Both the position numbers and the translations under genes were made by a program. Shown here one piece after another: positions 51,656 through 61,459 of a stretch of 64,000 bases of DNA. Below the pieces are notes generated by a model, which saw only the letters and a list, made by a program, of their open reading frames with translations, made no database searches and was not told the origin of the DNA. How positions within the stretch are numbered: the stretch's first letter is position 1; each line of letters opens with the position of its first letter. The DNA comes from Podarcis tiliguerta (lineage: Eukaryota). Location of the stretch: NCBI GenBank assembly GCA_965153285.1, contig OZ229114.1. The stretch is one strand, 5' to 3'.

Positions 51656-52268
51656 CTGAACAATAAGCTTGTAAAAGGCTGCTCTTACATGTAGAAATGG
51701 CAAAGAAAACATGAATGAACAAACAGACCATATGACAAATTCATTTGCAAAATACAGTCTAAGAGCAACAAAGAGCTAGAACCACTGATGACTGTTTAGT
51801 GCTTGCAAGGCACACCTGAATCATATTCTAAAGATAATGCACACATAACAGTGCATTATCTAGTATTCTAAATTTGTTTCCTAAAAGACTCTAGTTTACC
51901 GTGTTTTTCAAAAAGCAAAACTTAAATGAACACACAGATTAACATTTACTCCAGGACAGTGCTTTTCAATTTGTGGTAATCATTCCACCTGGCTTAATGA
52001 GAAAAATTGCAAGTTTTTTTAAAAAGCATTGAGAGATCAGTGTTAAAGTACCAGTATTAAAAGACTGCATACAGCACTGAGCAAAATATAAAAGTACGAG
52101 GTTCTATTGATTAATCAGCTACATTAATCCATTAAAACTTTTTAGCAACTAAAAAGGTGCCCCAATTGACTGAGCAGAAGGTTTTTAAATATATATATAT
52201 TCGGCACACAAGCACTCATAAAAATTGTGGGTGGCAAACACCATCTTTAAAAAGGCATTTTTACTTAC

Positions 52269-52324
52269 GCACAAGCAAATGCCTTTTCTTAGATAATAAC
52301 TCTTACAATTCACATGTGAATTGT
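52269..52324 (-). other. candidate SMNDC1 poison cassette exon A (56 nt, in-frame TGA)
   Basis: Acceptor catttcgttttcag|, donor TGC|gtaagt. After the phase-0 upstream exon it reads ACA ATT CAC ATG TGA. Confidence 0.45.
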
Positions 52325-52358
52325 CTGAAAACGAAATGGCTTATTTGTTCATTTATTT

Positions 52359-52663
52359 CAGGGGTCAGCAGACTTTTTCAGCAGACCCCTCAGATCTTGT
52401 AGAGGGGGCGGACTATTTTTTTGGGGGGGAGAACTAATTCCTATGCCCCACAAATAACCTAGAAATGCATTTTAAACAAAAGCACACATTCTACTCATAT
52501 AAAAACACCAGACAGGCCTCACAAATAACACAGAGATGCATTTTAAATAAAAGGACACATTCTACTCATGTAAAAACATGTTGATTCCCGGACAGTCTGT
52601 GGGCCAGATTTAGAAGGCGATTGGATCGGATCTGGCCCCCGGGCCTTAGTTTGCCTACCCATG
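52359..52663. mobile_element. hAT MITE in SMNDC1 intron 2
   Basis: caggggtcagcagact ... agtttgcctacccatg with 8-bp TSD ATTTATTT (52351-52358 and 52664-52671); internal direct repeat of about 70 bp (cacaaataac...ctactcatRtaaaaaca). Confidence 0.85.
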
Positions 52664-52980
52664 ATTTATTTGACTTATATGGCCCCCTTCATCAAAAGAT
52701 CTCAGGGCGGTTTATTGCTTCAGAACTCTCATTTTTACTCAGGTGCATATTTTATGTCAATTTAATTCATACAATATGCCAAAAATTCATACAATTGAGA
52801 TGCCTTTAATCACTTTAATGAGGTGACAGCCCTAGTTCTTTGTGAAAGATTTTAAACACCAACATTTAGCACATCTCGTTAATATCACCATGGTAAATTC
52901 TTTGCCACTGACAGTGTAGAAGATCCTCTTCACTATACATGTAAAAACATTTAAGTTACAAAGCTTTTTCTTATTCTCAC

Positions 52981-53100
52981 CTGTAAGTCTTTTTTGAGTT
53001 TTAGTAAATCTTCATTTTCTCCATTTCCCGTCAAAGCAGCTTCAACTTGTTGGAGTTGAGCTTTATAGCTAGCTAACTGTTTTGCAAGGTCTTCTGACAT
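52981..53100 (-). CDS. SMNDC1: SMNDC1 (survival motor neuron domain containing 1, SPF30) first coding exon
   Basis: Acceptor ttttccctttccag| directly precedes ATG (53098-53100); donor CAG|gtgaga. 120 nt: MSEDLAKQLASYKAQLQQVEAALTGNGENEDLLKLKKDLQ. The five exons sum to 717 nt with consistent phases. Confidence 0.97.
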
Positions 53101-54279
53101 CTGGAAAGGGAAAAAAGGCATTACAAAATACTGAAGGAAAAGTCTGTTTGAAAACAGTCTTGCAGAGGCAAAATACTTAGAATGCAAATCACTAATGACT
53201 TAGTGCAGCCTTATCAATAACAGAATATTTATGTAACTTGCCTTGGTTGGAAACTCCAGCTGGTCCACAGCAGGCTTCCCAAATAATGGCAGATTACCTT
53301 GGCAGTAATCAAGTTATAAGGTAGTCTCTTTTGTATGGTTTGTTCCCTTAGTGCTGTGTTAATGTTACAATAACAGAATTGTATGGGGTAAGTAAACACC
53401 TGTTTCCACCCTGGAAATTTACAAGAGATGCCCACCTTATGTCCCTGCCCTATACCTTATGTCATATATTACATATGGTGGGAAGCAAGTAAACTAAATT
53501 TCAGGTGCCTGGTGCAACCTGTTTTATTGCAGAAGACGTTTGCACCTTGAATCCTTTTTAGATGTTTACATTTTTTTATTTATCTGTTGCTGTACACCAC
53601 CCCAATGGTCCTGTTACTTAAGGGTAGCTTACAAATAGATTAAACATTCTGCACATTCACAGATTCTCTGTTGTATTCAGTTTTCCAGAACACAGTCCTT
53701 GAGAAGTATGACTATTCAACTGTTCTCAACACAAGAGTCATTTTCAGCATCATATTGGACAACCAAACTCCTTGCCTGACCTTGACTAAATCCTTCTCTC
53801 TTAGCATTAGTTCCCATAAGGAAATTCACAGCAACACATGGATTGTGTTTATGGATCTTCTGCCACAATTTTGTTATCTAGCCTTGGACAAACCTCTTTC
53901 CTCAGTCCTTATCAAGGTGACAGATACAAGATGGTACAGATCACAGAGTGGGTGAGGCATGGAGCACTTTGCTCACTTTCGAAATACAAAAACTGAAAGC
54001 AATCCAAACACAGATCCTTTGTTAATACACAAGAACTATCCTAGTCCTTTCAACATCAGGTGTGAAGTTTAGAAAACACTATCTGTACAGAATTAGCAAA
54101 AGCCAAATTTGGTAGGAATGGCTGGAATAGCACGTGACCTGGTGTATTATTTTTCTGAGGCTGGAAAGTATGGAAACCAAATTCTGCATACCAACACCAT
54201 ACTGTGGACAATACCCTCTATATAATCACATTAAACAGGATACAACTCGCCAAAAAAGGACTTGACTCTAATTAAAAGG

Positions 54280-55340
54280 CCCATACGCCGAAAAAAGCCC
54301 GCAAAAGCGGTGCCATTAAAACCCAACCGTCCTGCTACAAAGGAGCGGAGGTTTCGGGACAGAATGGAAGAGCCGAGACGGACCTCCCTAAAAAAAACAC
54401 AGTATAATCCTCGGAACACAGAAGGCGAATCTTGTAAGGCGACGAAACGGGCCTCCACGTGCGGGAAGCCCGCAGACAATGGCTGGCCGTAGACAAAACT
54501 TCAGGCGGCGGAATCACTGGGGACCAGGCGGCCGGGCGGCAGACGCGCCTGGGCCTGAGGGAGGGCCTAACGGAGGCCCCGGAACGAGTGAGGAAGGGGC
54601 CGGAGGCCTGGAGAGCCGAGCGCCGTGTACGGAGAGGGGAGGTCGAGGGCTGAGGAGAGCTAAGGGCCTCCCCGCCTTCGCCCCGCGAGAGGAGAGGGAA
54701 GTGGGGGAAGGGCCGCGCCTCTCACCTTGGCCTCGCGCGCCGAGGGCCTCTCTCCGTCCCGTCAGGCCTCAGGAGAAGCGTCTGTGCTCGCGCGCGCGCA
54801 CCCACGCGAGATTTGCCCCCCCCCTCCCGACCCCCAACAAACGTCGCCCCCTCCCTTCTTGCTGCTTCCTAGCGACGACGCAAAGAGCCCGGTCGGCGGA
54901 AATGAACGCTCGCGAGAGGGGGAAGCCGGACCTGACGAACAAGCCGGATCACATGACCACTCCGGGGGTGGGGAAAGCACAACCTAAAGAGGCGGATCGA
55001 AACCGCTACTTCCGACTCCCAGTTGCGATTCCTGGGAATCCTCCATGTGCGGGGCGAGAGTGGCGGAAGTGCAAAGGAAGCCGCGTAATAAGTAGCGTTC
55101 GGCATGTGAGAGTCAACCCAAAAAACCCAATCTCGCCGCAGGGCTTATTATTTAAACTGATCGAATCTTCTAGGGGGGAATCGGAGCGAGATTTCTGCCC
55201 TCCTGAAATAATTATTTTGGCGGGGGGCTCCGCTGCTTCTAACTGCCGTGTGCTCAGGTTCTCCTCGCTGGTTTCTCGCAGGCCTCTGGCTGGCCACTGT
55301 GAGAACAGGATGCGGGACTCGGTGGGCCACTGGCCTGACG
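54280..55340. promoter_or_regulatory. CpG island / SMNDC1 promoter
   Basis: The only extended CpG-rich, GC-rich block in the window. ETS-type CGGAA motifs at 54897-54903, 55008-55014 (ACTTCCG) and 55064-55071; CGCG element GCTCGCGAGA at 54908-54917; CACGTG at 54456-54461. Confidence 0.85.
54726..54960 (-). other. SMNDC1: SMNDC1 non-coding exon 1 (5' end approximate)
   Basis: Strong minus-strand donor GCCAAG|gtgaga inside the CpG island. Splicing to the ATG-initial exon gives GCCAAG-ATG, a good Kozak context with A at -3. TSS cannot be determined from sequence. Confidence 0.7.
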
Positions 55341-55405
55341 ATCCATTGGCTCATCCTTTGTTCTTATGTTATGCACCTGGAAATAAACCCTGTTGGATCC
55401 CAACG

Positions 55406-55529
55406 GAGCAAGACTCTTAATCTCAAGGTCATGGGTTTGAGTCCCACGTTGGGCAAGTTTCCTGCATTGCAGTGGGTTAGACTAGATGACCCTCATGTTA
55501 CATTCCACCTCTACAATTCTATTATTCTA
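55406..55529 (+). mobile_element. tRNA-Lys(CTT)-derived SINE with CR1-type 3' tail, 5'-truncated
   Basis: gagcaagactcttaatctcaaggtcatgggtttgagtcccacgttgggca resembles the 3' two-thirds of tRNA-Lys-CTT. It is followed by a CR1-like end, gactagatgacc...ttccacctctacaattctattattcta. Confidence 0.75.
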
Positions 55530-55685
55530 AAATATAAGCCCACTGGCAGGTACAGTCTTATTTTAATTATGCAACCAGATCAGCATGAACAAATTTAAAA
55601 AGGAAGGGAAAGGGGGCTTGGTTCCAAGGAAAAGGACTCTGGCAATCCCACCCACCATTGAACCCAGTGGGGTTTGACTTTACGT

Positions 55686-55930
55686 CAGGGGTTGGCAACC
55701 TGCGGCCAATGGACCACAAGCGACCTAGGGGGGTCGTTTAAATGGCCCACGAGCTGCCCCCGAACCGAGCTGTGTGCTTGGTGAGTCCCCATGCACTGCG
55801 CTAAACCGGCGCAGCACAGAGTGGGGCCTCGCTTCCACGGTGTCAGAAATTGCGTCAGCACAGACAAGATCCAGCCCACATAGCGATCTCTGTGAACCAG
55901 CCCAGGCGAGGTAAACCTTGCCGATGCCTG
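55686..55930. mobile_element. hAT MITE upstream of SMNDC1
   Basis: caggggttggcaa ... ttgccgatgcctg with 8-bp TSD CTTTACGT / CTTTACAT. Confidence 0.8.
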
Positions 55931-56480
55931 CTTTACATGATTTTGGCTTTAGACGTGATCCCTGGAATGTAACCCCCATGTAAATTGCATACCCTCCAAC
56001 ACTTCTCTACTGAAAATAGGGACATTCTATTCTACATCAGGAAGCTTCTCCTGCGTTTGAGCTCCCGGCACACGTATCCGTCATAAACATTGTGGGACCA
56101 CAAGATTGGAGACAAGCTCCTGTCTGCTCTCACAACTTGAACTTTGAAGCACGTGTCAAAATGGCACTTGGAAAGTAACCCAGTCAGGATCTGCCCTTCT
56201 GTGAGATCCAGTATCCCACCCCTGAGCAGGATGGACCAGTGTTCTTACTCAAAACAAGGCAATCTTTTGTTATGACCCTAACACCATCCTCCAGCAGCCT
56301 CCATGCTATATACCAGAATCATTACCCAACGCTCCATACAGTTGTTGTTTTTTGTGGGAAGGGGAGATGCAAAATGCTTTTTGGATCAGATGCCTTCTGT
56401 CCATGGTACTTAGGATTGTAATAAACATAAATCTGCCCTTATTCCCTTATGGGGGACACAAGAGCCCTTATAGAGTCCTT

Positions 56481-56774
56481 TGTAGGTTCTCCATCGGTCA
56501 GAGAAAATAACAAGAGGCCAACCAGAGAATATTGAAAAGCAAAGCAGCTAGTAAGCCTGATCTTTATTGACTGTTGCAACAGGGTGCTCCCCTCACACAC
56601 AGGAAAAGAGGAGGACCTAGAACAAAGGTGTGGCCGCCCTTACATAGACATTTTAAATTGCCCGCCCTGGAGTCCAAGACCACCCCTAGAAACATCATAC
56701 ATACATCACAGAAGAGGTGTAGCTCAGGACCCCCACCCCCAGATACATCCTACCTACATCACAGGAAACCTACA
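56481..56774 (-). mobile_element. possible LTR-like element (extent uncertain, may run to about 57150)
   Basis: Inverted termini tgtaggtt / aacctaca; minus-strand AATAAA near 56563; no convincing TSD found. Confidence 0.35.
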
Positions 56775-57903
56775 AAAGAAATCTGAGTGTGTTTTTCTCC
56801 TGTCTGGCAGGTTACCTGTTAATGGTCACTTAATTGGATTACCTGGGGAGCCTGGTCAGTCTTTTGTAATGATAAATAGTTTCCTGAGCCAGGTCACAGG
56901 TTCACCCTATTCATACACAGACATTCCCTTAAGACAGGATTCGTGAATGAAAAGACAATGGGGAGGCTTTTCCATTTTCCTTCGACCTTGCAGAGAAATA
57001 TTTGAGATCTATTTGGGAGGGACTATTTGGGAGGATCTATTTGGTTTCAGGACGTGGGTTTTCAGACATGTGGTTTATATATGCAGTTATGAACATTATA
57101 TATATGACCTTATTCAGGATCTATTGTTTATTTCTATTATTCTCAATCACAATTTTATTTCTAGCTCAGATGTTTATAATGATCTTGTAAAAATAAAAAG
57201 ACAAGAAGCCCCTCCTCTTTTGCCCTACTGAAAACAGTCAAAATTGTTGCTAAATAGCAATGAAACTTCATATATGGCGACATAGATATTAAGGGTGTTT
57301 TAAGATGCTAGGAATACCTGCTGTCAGGGCTGTTTCAGCTGCAGGTCAGCATGGAGACTCAAAGACGAGCAGTAAACTTGATTCAAGGAAACAAAATAAA
57401 AATAGAGAAACCCATGGGCAACACTGGCCCTGGTAAAGCAGTTGCCAAAATTGACAATCTGTGCCTCCCACTTCCCCCTAAATCTCCTCCCCATCTGGCT
57501 GTTTCTCCATGAGACTTAAACTCCATCAGGGAGAGGCCCACTGTGCTCTCTGTGCTCTTTGCTACATGCAAAGCCCTCTGTGCCTTTGGGGACAAGGGGG
57601 GGGGGGGTCCTGAATACAGTAGGACTGGCAGACTCCTGTGAATCTATTGCAGCCTCAGCCCCCACCTCCTTCCCAGCTGCCTGTCCTACATCTGCAGTGT
57701 TTCTGCCTCTTCTTCCTTTCTCTCACTCAAGCCTGTGGCTTGTTCAACACCCAACCATCCTGTCCCACTTCATCCTCGGACCTGCCTTCCATGTCCCACC
57801 ACCACTCCCTTGGCTCTGAGCCTTCTTCTGAAACTGCTAGGGGGGTCTCTGGCTGGAGCCTCCCACCACTCCTCCACGTCCAGCCAGTCCCTGGACTCAA
57901 CTA

Positions 57904-58263
57904 GTAAAGGTAAAGGTACCCCTGCCCGTATGGGCCAGTCTTGACAGACTCTAGGGTTGTGCGCCCATCTCACTCAAGAGGCCGGGGGCCAGCGCTGTCC
58001 GAAGACACTTCCGGGTCACATGGCCAGCGTGACATCGCTGCTCTGGCGAGCCAGAGCCGCACACGGAAACGCCGTTTACCTTCCCGCTAGTAAGCGGTCC
58101 CTATTTATCTACTTGCACCCGGGAGTGCTTTCGAACTGCTAGGTTGGCAGGCGCTGGGACCGTACAACGGGAGCGCACCCCACCGCGGGGATTCGAACCG
58201 CCGACCTTACGATTGGCAAGCCCTAGGCGCTGAGGCTTTAACCCACAGCGCCACCCGCGTCCC
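57904..58263 (-). mobile_element. Sauria (Squam1) SINE, CpG-rich young copy
   Basis: gtaaaggtaaaggtacccctg ... cagcgccacccgcgtccc. TSD CTGGACTCAACTA at 57891-57903 and 58266-58278. Intact B-box (ggttcgaatcc on the minus strand). Confidence 0.9.
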
Positions 58264-58318
58264 AACTGGACTCAACTACACAGCTGCAATTATAACATTA
58301 TAAGTGTGTTATAAAAAT

Positions 58319-58338
58319 GTGCCACCAGATGGTGCTGT
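58319..58338 (+). promoter_or_regulatory. CTCF motif, forward orientation
   Basis: tgCCACCAGATGGTGCtg. Confidence 0.6.
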
Positions 58339-58361
58339 AGAGCTCAATGGCAAATTGCAAT

Positions 58362-58402
<41 letters not shown>
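58362..58402. repeat. compound microsatellite (CA)n(TA)n
   Basis: Read directly from the sequence. Confidence 0.97.
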
Positions 58403-58678
58403 GCGGGGGGAGGGGTTGTCACATTTTTTATATCTGTGTAGATCCAGTGCCTGACACCTATTGATCTGAGACTCATCACTGAATGAATGCCATTAGTGCA
58501 AGGAAGGAAGTGGAAGATATAATTTTATGATAAATACACACTTTAAGGATCATAGTCAGCTTAAAGGCAACACAAAAATTCAAAAAACAAAAACACTGTT
58601 TTAAATATCACTTGTGAAAAACAACTTTTGAGTTTTTACAGCAGCTCATTCTTTTCTCTCCCCTGCCAATGTCTGTGC

Positions 58679-58698
58679 CAAGCACTAGATGGCAGCTC
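58679..58698 (+). promoter_or_regulatory. CTCF motif, forward orientation
   Basis: aaGCACTAGATGGCAGCtc. Confidence 0.55.
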
Positions 58699-59364
58699 TG
58701 CTGCATTTGTACAAAACCTTCCCTCCCTCCCAGTTTCTTTGACTGCTGTGTGTATATATATATCCAATATAACTGAATGGAAATACTGTATATCTTTCTA
58801 GGGGAAAGCAATTCATTTATGTTGACTTGGGGTGTGCTTAGCAGCTCCTTTTTTGTGTTATTACATTTCTTATTAAACTTTTTTTTTTTTACTAGATTAC
58901 CCATCATCATGCATACACTCAACACCAAGTATTGCAAATAAAATTAAGTTTATATGCTTTTAGGGCATGTTTCAGGTTGCTCTTATGGCATCTTTAATCC
59001 CTTGAAAAACTGCCTCGGCTGCCAAGCCAGAATGTCTGGAAAAATTACACATTCTTTGAATGAAGAAAGGTAGGCCAGTCATGCAAATAATTTAGAGGCA
59101 ACTACCCATCATTTGGCACACATACCTGAACTGCTCCTTCCTTTCCTCATTGGCAAAGATTTGTCACTGGCCCCTTTGTCTTCTGTTCACCTCTAAAGGC
59201 AGAACCACTACCTGCTGTCCTTGAAGTGGAACCTGTGGCAAATGCCCTCTCAAGACACACTGGACCAAACCCGATGCACTTGTGTTTGGTTAAACACACG
59301 GTTTTTAGTTTGGCCATATAGGTCACATCCATCCCATACATTTAAAATTCATTTATATCTCTTT

Positions 59365-59520
59365 AGAACTCTAGCCCAATGGTTGCCATTAATTTGATTC
59401 AGAATTGATTTTAGAATGTATTTCAATTAATTGATTGTGATTTTATGTAAACTGTGTTACTTTTACCGTTGTTAGCCGCTCTGAGCCCGGCTTCGGCTGG
59501 GGAGGGCAGGATATAAATAA

Positions 59521-59558
<38 letters not shown>
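59365..59558 (+). mobile_element. LINE (L2-like) 3' fragment with (ATT)n tail, inserted in an older repeat
   Basis: gttagccgctctgagcccggcttcggctggggagggcaggatataaataa followed by (ATT)n at 59521-59558; the flanks resume a ccatacatttaaa...cccccaaagaaacctggga element. Confidence 0.6.
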
Positions 59559-59559
<1 letters not shown>

Positions 59560-60744
59560 TAACTGTCACAATTTCCCCCAAAGAAACCTGGGAGCTGTTC
59601 TTTACTCCTTCAGAGCTGCAATTCCTAGCACCCTTTACAATCCTCAGCAGTGATGGTGGAGTACGTGGGGCTTTAAGACAAGTTTGAAATGCGTCTGGAA
59701 ATTTAGCTCTTGTATGACTGAAAAATCTACATAATCTTGCTTATATCAAATAAAGCAGGTGGGGGAAATCATCACAACTAGAAACACATTGACATATGAT
59801 CACCGCGTAAGGGAACTGTGCCAGTGCTACTTTCCCAAAGACAAGAAGACCCAACACAACACACACAATCAGTTAAGAAATGCTTAACAAATTAAAACCC
59901 TCATCCAAACATTTTCATTTTAATCCATGGGGCAATTTCACTGCAGACCAGGGTGATCAAAAGAGACCATTTCTGCTTTAGGCATTCATATTACAGAGCT
60001 GGCTATGACTAATAAACGAGTTACTTCCCACAGTGCTACTGATGACCAATTTGTACAGCTAAAAGGAACAAAGCTAACACAGGTCGTGCTCAACATAAAG
60101 CAAGCAAATCCCAGGAATGAGTCAGAGATTGTGCATGATATTTTACAATAAATGAAGGGAACGGGCAGAACCACTTTTCTTATGTACATAAAGACAATGG
60201 AGCATAAGGAACAGCTTGCATTGACATTCTTCACTTTGTTGTTGTCTAATTGAAATGGTTTCTATCAACTTGTGTGTGTTCTTGCATACACCCTGTGTAA
60301 ATCTATTCCTCAATAGGGCAAACATAATTGGAAAAGAAGAAATATATTTATATGAGAATAATATTAATAATAAAAAATCAATAGGCCAACTAGTCAAGGA
60401 CATGGAAATACAGGTATTTCCCATTTCTGTTGTCCAAATTTAAAGTTGCATCTAGTTTTCTGATGACCAAGATCTTGAATTCTTTCAACCAAGCCAACTA
60501 GGCTGCAGTATTTTCCAGAATCACTGATTTTGGTTTGTTTGTTTTTTAATTCAACTAAGTTTCTGTTAATTTATATTGTTTGGCCTCTTTCCCTTTTTCT
60601 TCAGCTTATGATAAGGTTTACTGGAGACCATCACTGATATGAATCCTGGCATAATTTTCGCATGGGGAACTAGTAGGCAAATGTGAGAGATAGGTGTCTC
60701 TGGTTTGTTATCCGAAGGACTGTGAATGAATGGGGAAAATACAC

Positions 60745-61042
60745 TGTTATGTACTGAGTTGAATAGGATCCAAAAGGCAGCAGTCTGATTGGTCCTAGAA
60801 CAATAGGATCCAGAATGCATCAGTCTGATTGGTCCACAGGAGCCACCAAATCCAGCTCCAGGTGGAAGGGAATCCGCAACCTGATTGGCCTACAGGAGAA
60901 TCCCAGAATTAGCCAATCACATGGGGCCCATTGTGTAAATAATGCATATAAGGCAACTGTTCTGGGGGAACTTCCATTCCTCCTCATCACTATGAGCTGA
61001 ATAAAGAGCATGAAATCCACTCTCGACTCCGAGTATATTTCA
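60745..61042 (+). mobile_element. solo LTR
   Basis: TG...CA ends; 5-bp TSD TACAC/TGCAC; three CTGATTGG and one CCAAT box, TATA-like catataag, then AATAAA, in U3-R-U5 order. Confidence 0.8.
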
Positions 61043-61190
61043 TGCACTAGTGCTGTTCAGTAAATTTTTGTGCAAGAGCTAGCCGAATACATCTCATAGT
61101 GCAGTGCTATCACAGTGTTATCAGGGATTGTGTTACAATATATGCAGCAGTCGTGTGCGTTCTAAGGAGCCATAAAATGGTCTTGAGAAT

Positions 61191-61459
61191 GAAGAAGAAG
61201 AAGAGAAGAAGAAGAGTTTGGATTTGATATCCCGCCTTTCACTCCCCTTCAGGAGTCTCAAAGCGGCTAACAATCTCCTTTCCCTTCCTCCCCCACAACA
61301 AACACTCTGTGAGGTGAGTGGGGCTGAGAGACTTCAAAGAAGTGTGACTGGCCCAAGGTCACCCAGCAGCTGCATGTGGAGGAGCGGAGACGCGAACCTG
61401 GTTCACCAGATTACTAGTCCACCGCTCTTAACCACTACACCACACTACACCACACTGGC
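61191..61459 (-). mobile_element. Squam3-like (MIR/Ther1-derived) tRNA SINE with (CTT)n tail
   Basis: The minus strand starts gccagtgtggtgtagtgtggtgtagtggttaagagc (A-box), contains the CORE-like ctgggtgaccttgggccagtcac, and ends in CTT repeats. Confidence 0.75.

Noticed and set aside
51900-52076. Third possible cassette exon in SMNDC1 intron 2 (acceptor tacttttatattttgctcag, donor ACG|gtaaac)
   Set aside because: The acceptor is plausible but there are several weak alternative donors and no other support; AT-rich introns often contain such pseudo-exons.
52450-52580. Direct repeats of about 70 bp suggesting an array
   Set aside because: Only two units, inside a hAT MITE, in a vertebrate context; not a CRISPR or satellite array.
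54479-55420. 313-aa + strand ORF, the longest in the track
   Set aside because: It lies across the GC-rich CpG island, where stops are rare. It has a low-complexity R/G/P/A composition, no recognisable domain and a non-ATG start, and is antisense to SMNDC1 exon 1.
55406-55455. tRNA-Lys(CTT)-like sequence as a functional tRNA gene
   Set aside because: The 5' acceptor strand and D-arm are missing, the T-loop is mutated, and it runs into a CR1-like tail, so it is a SINE head.
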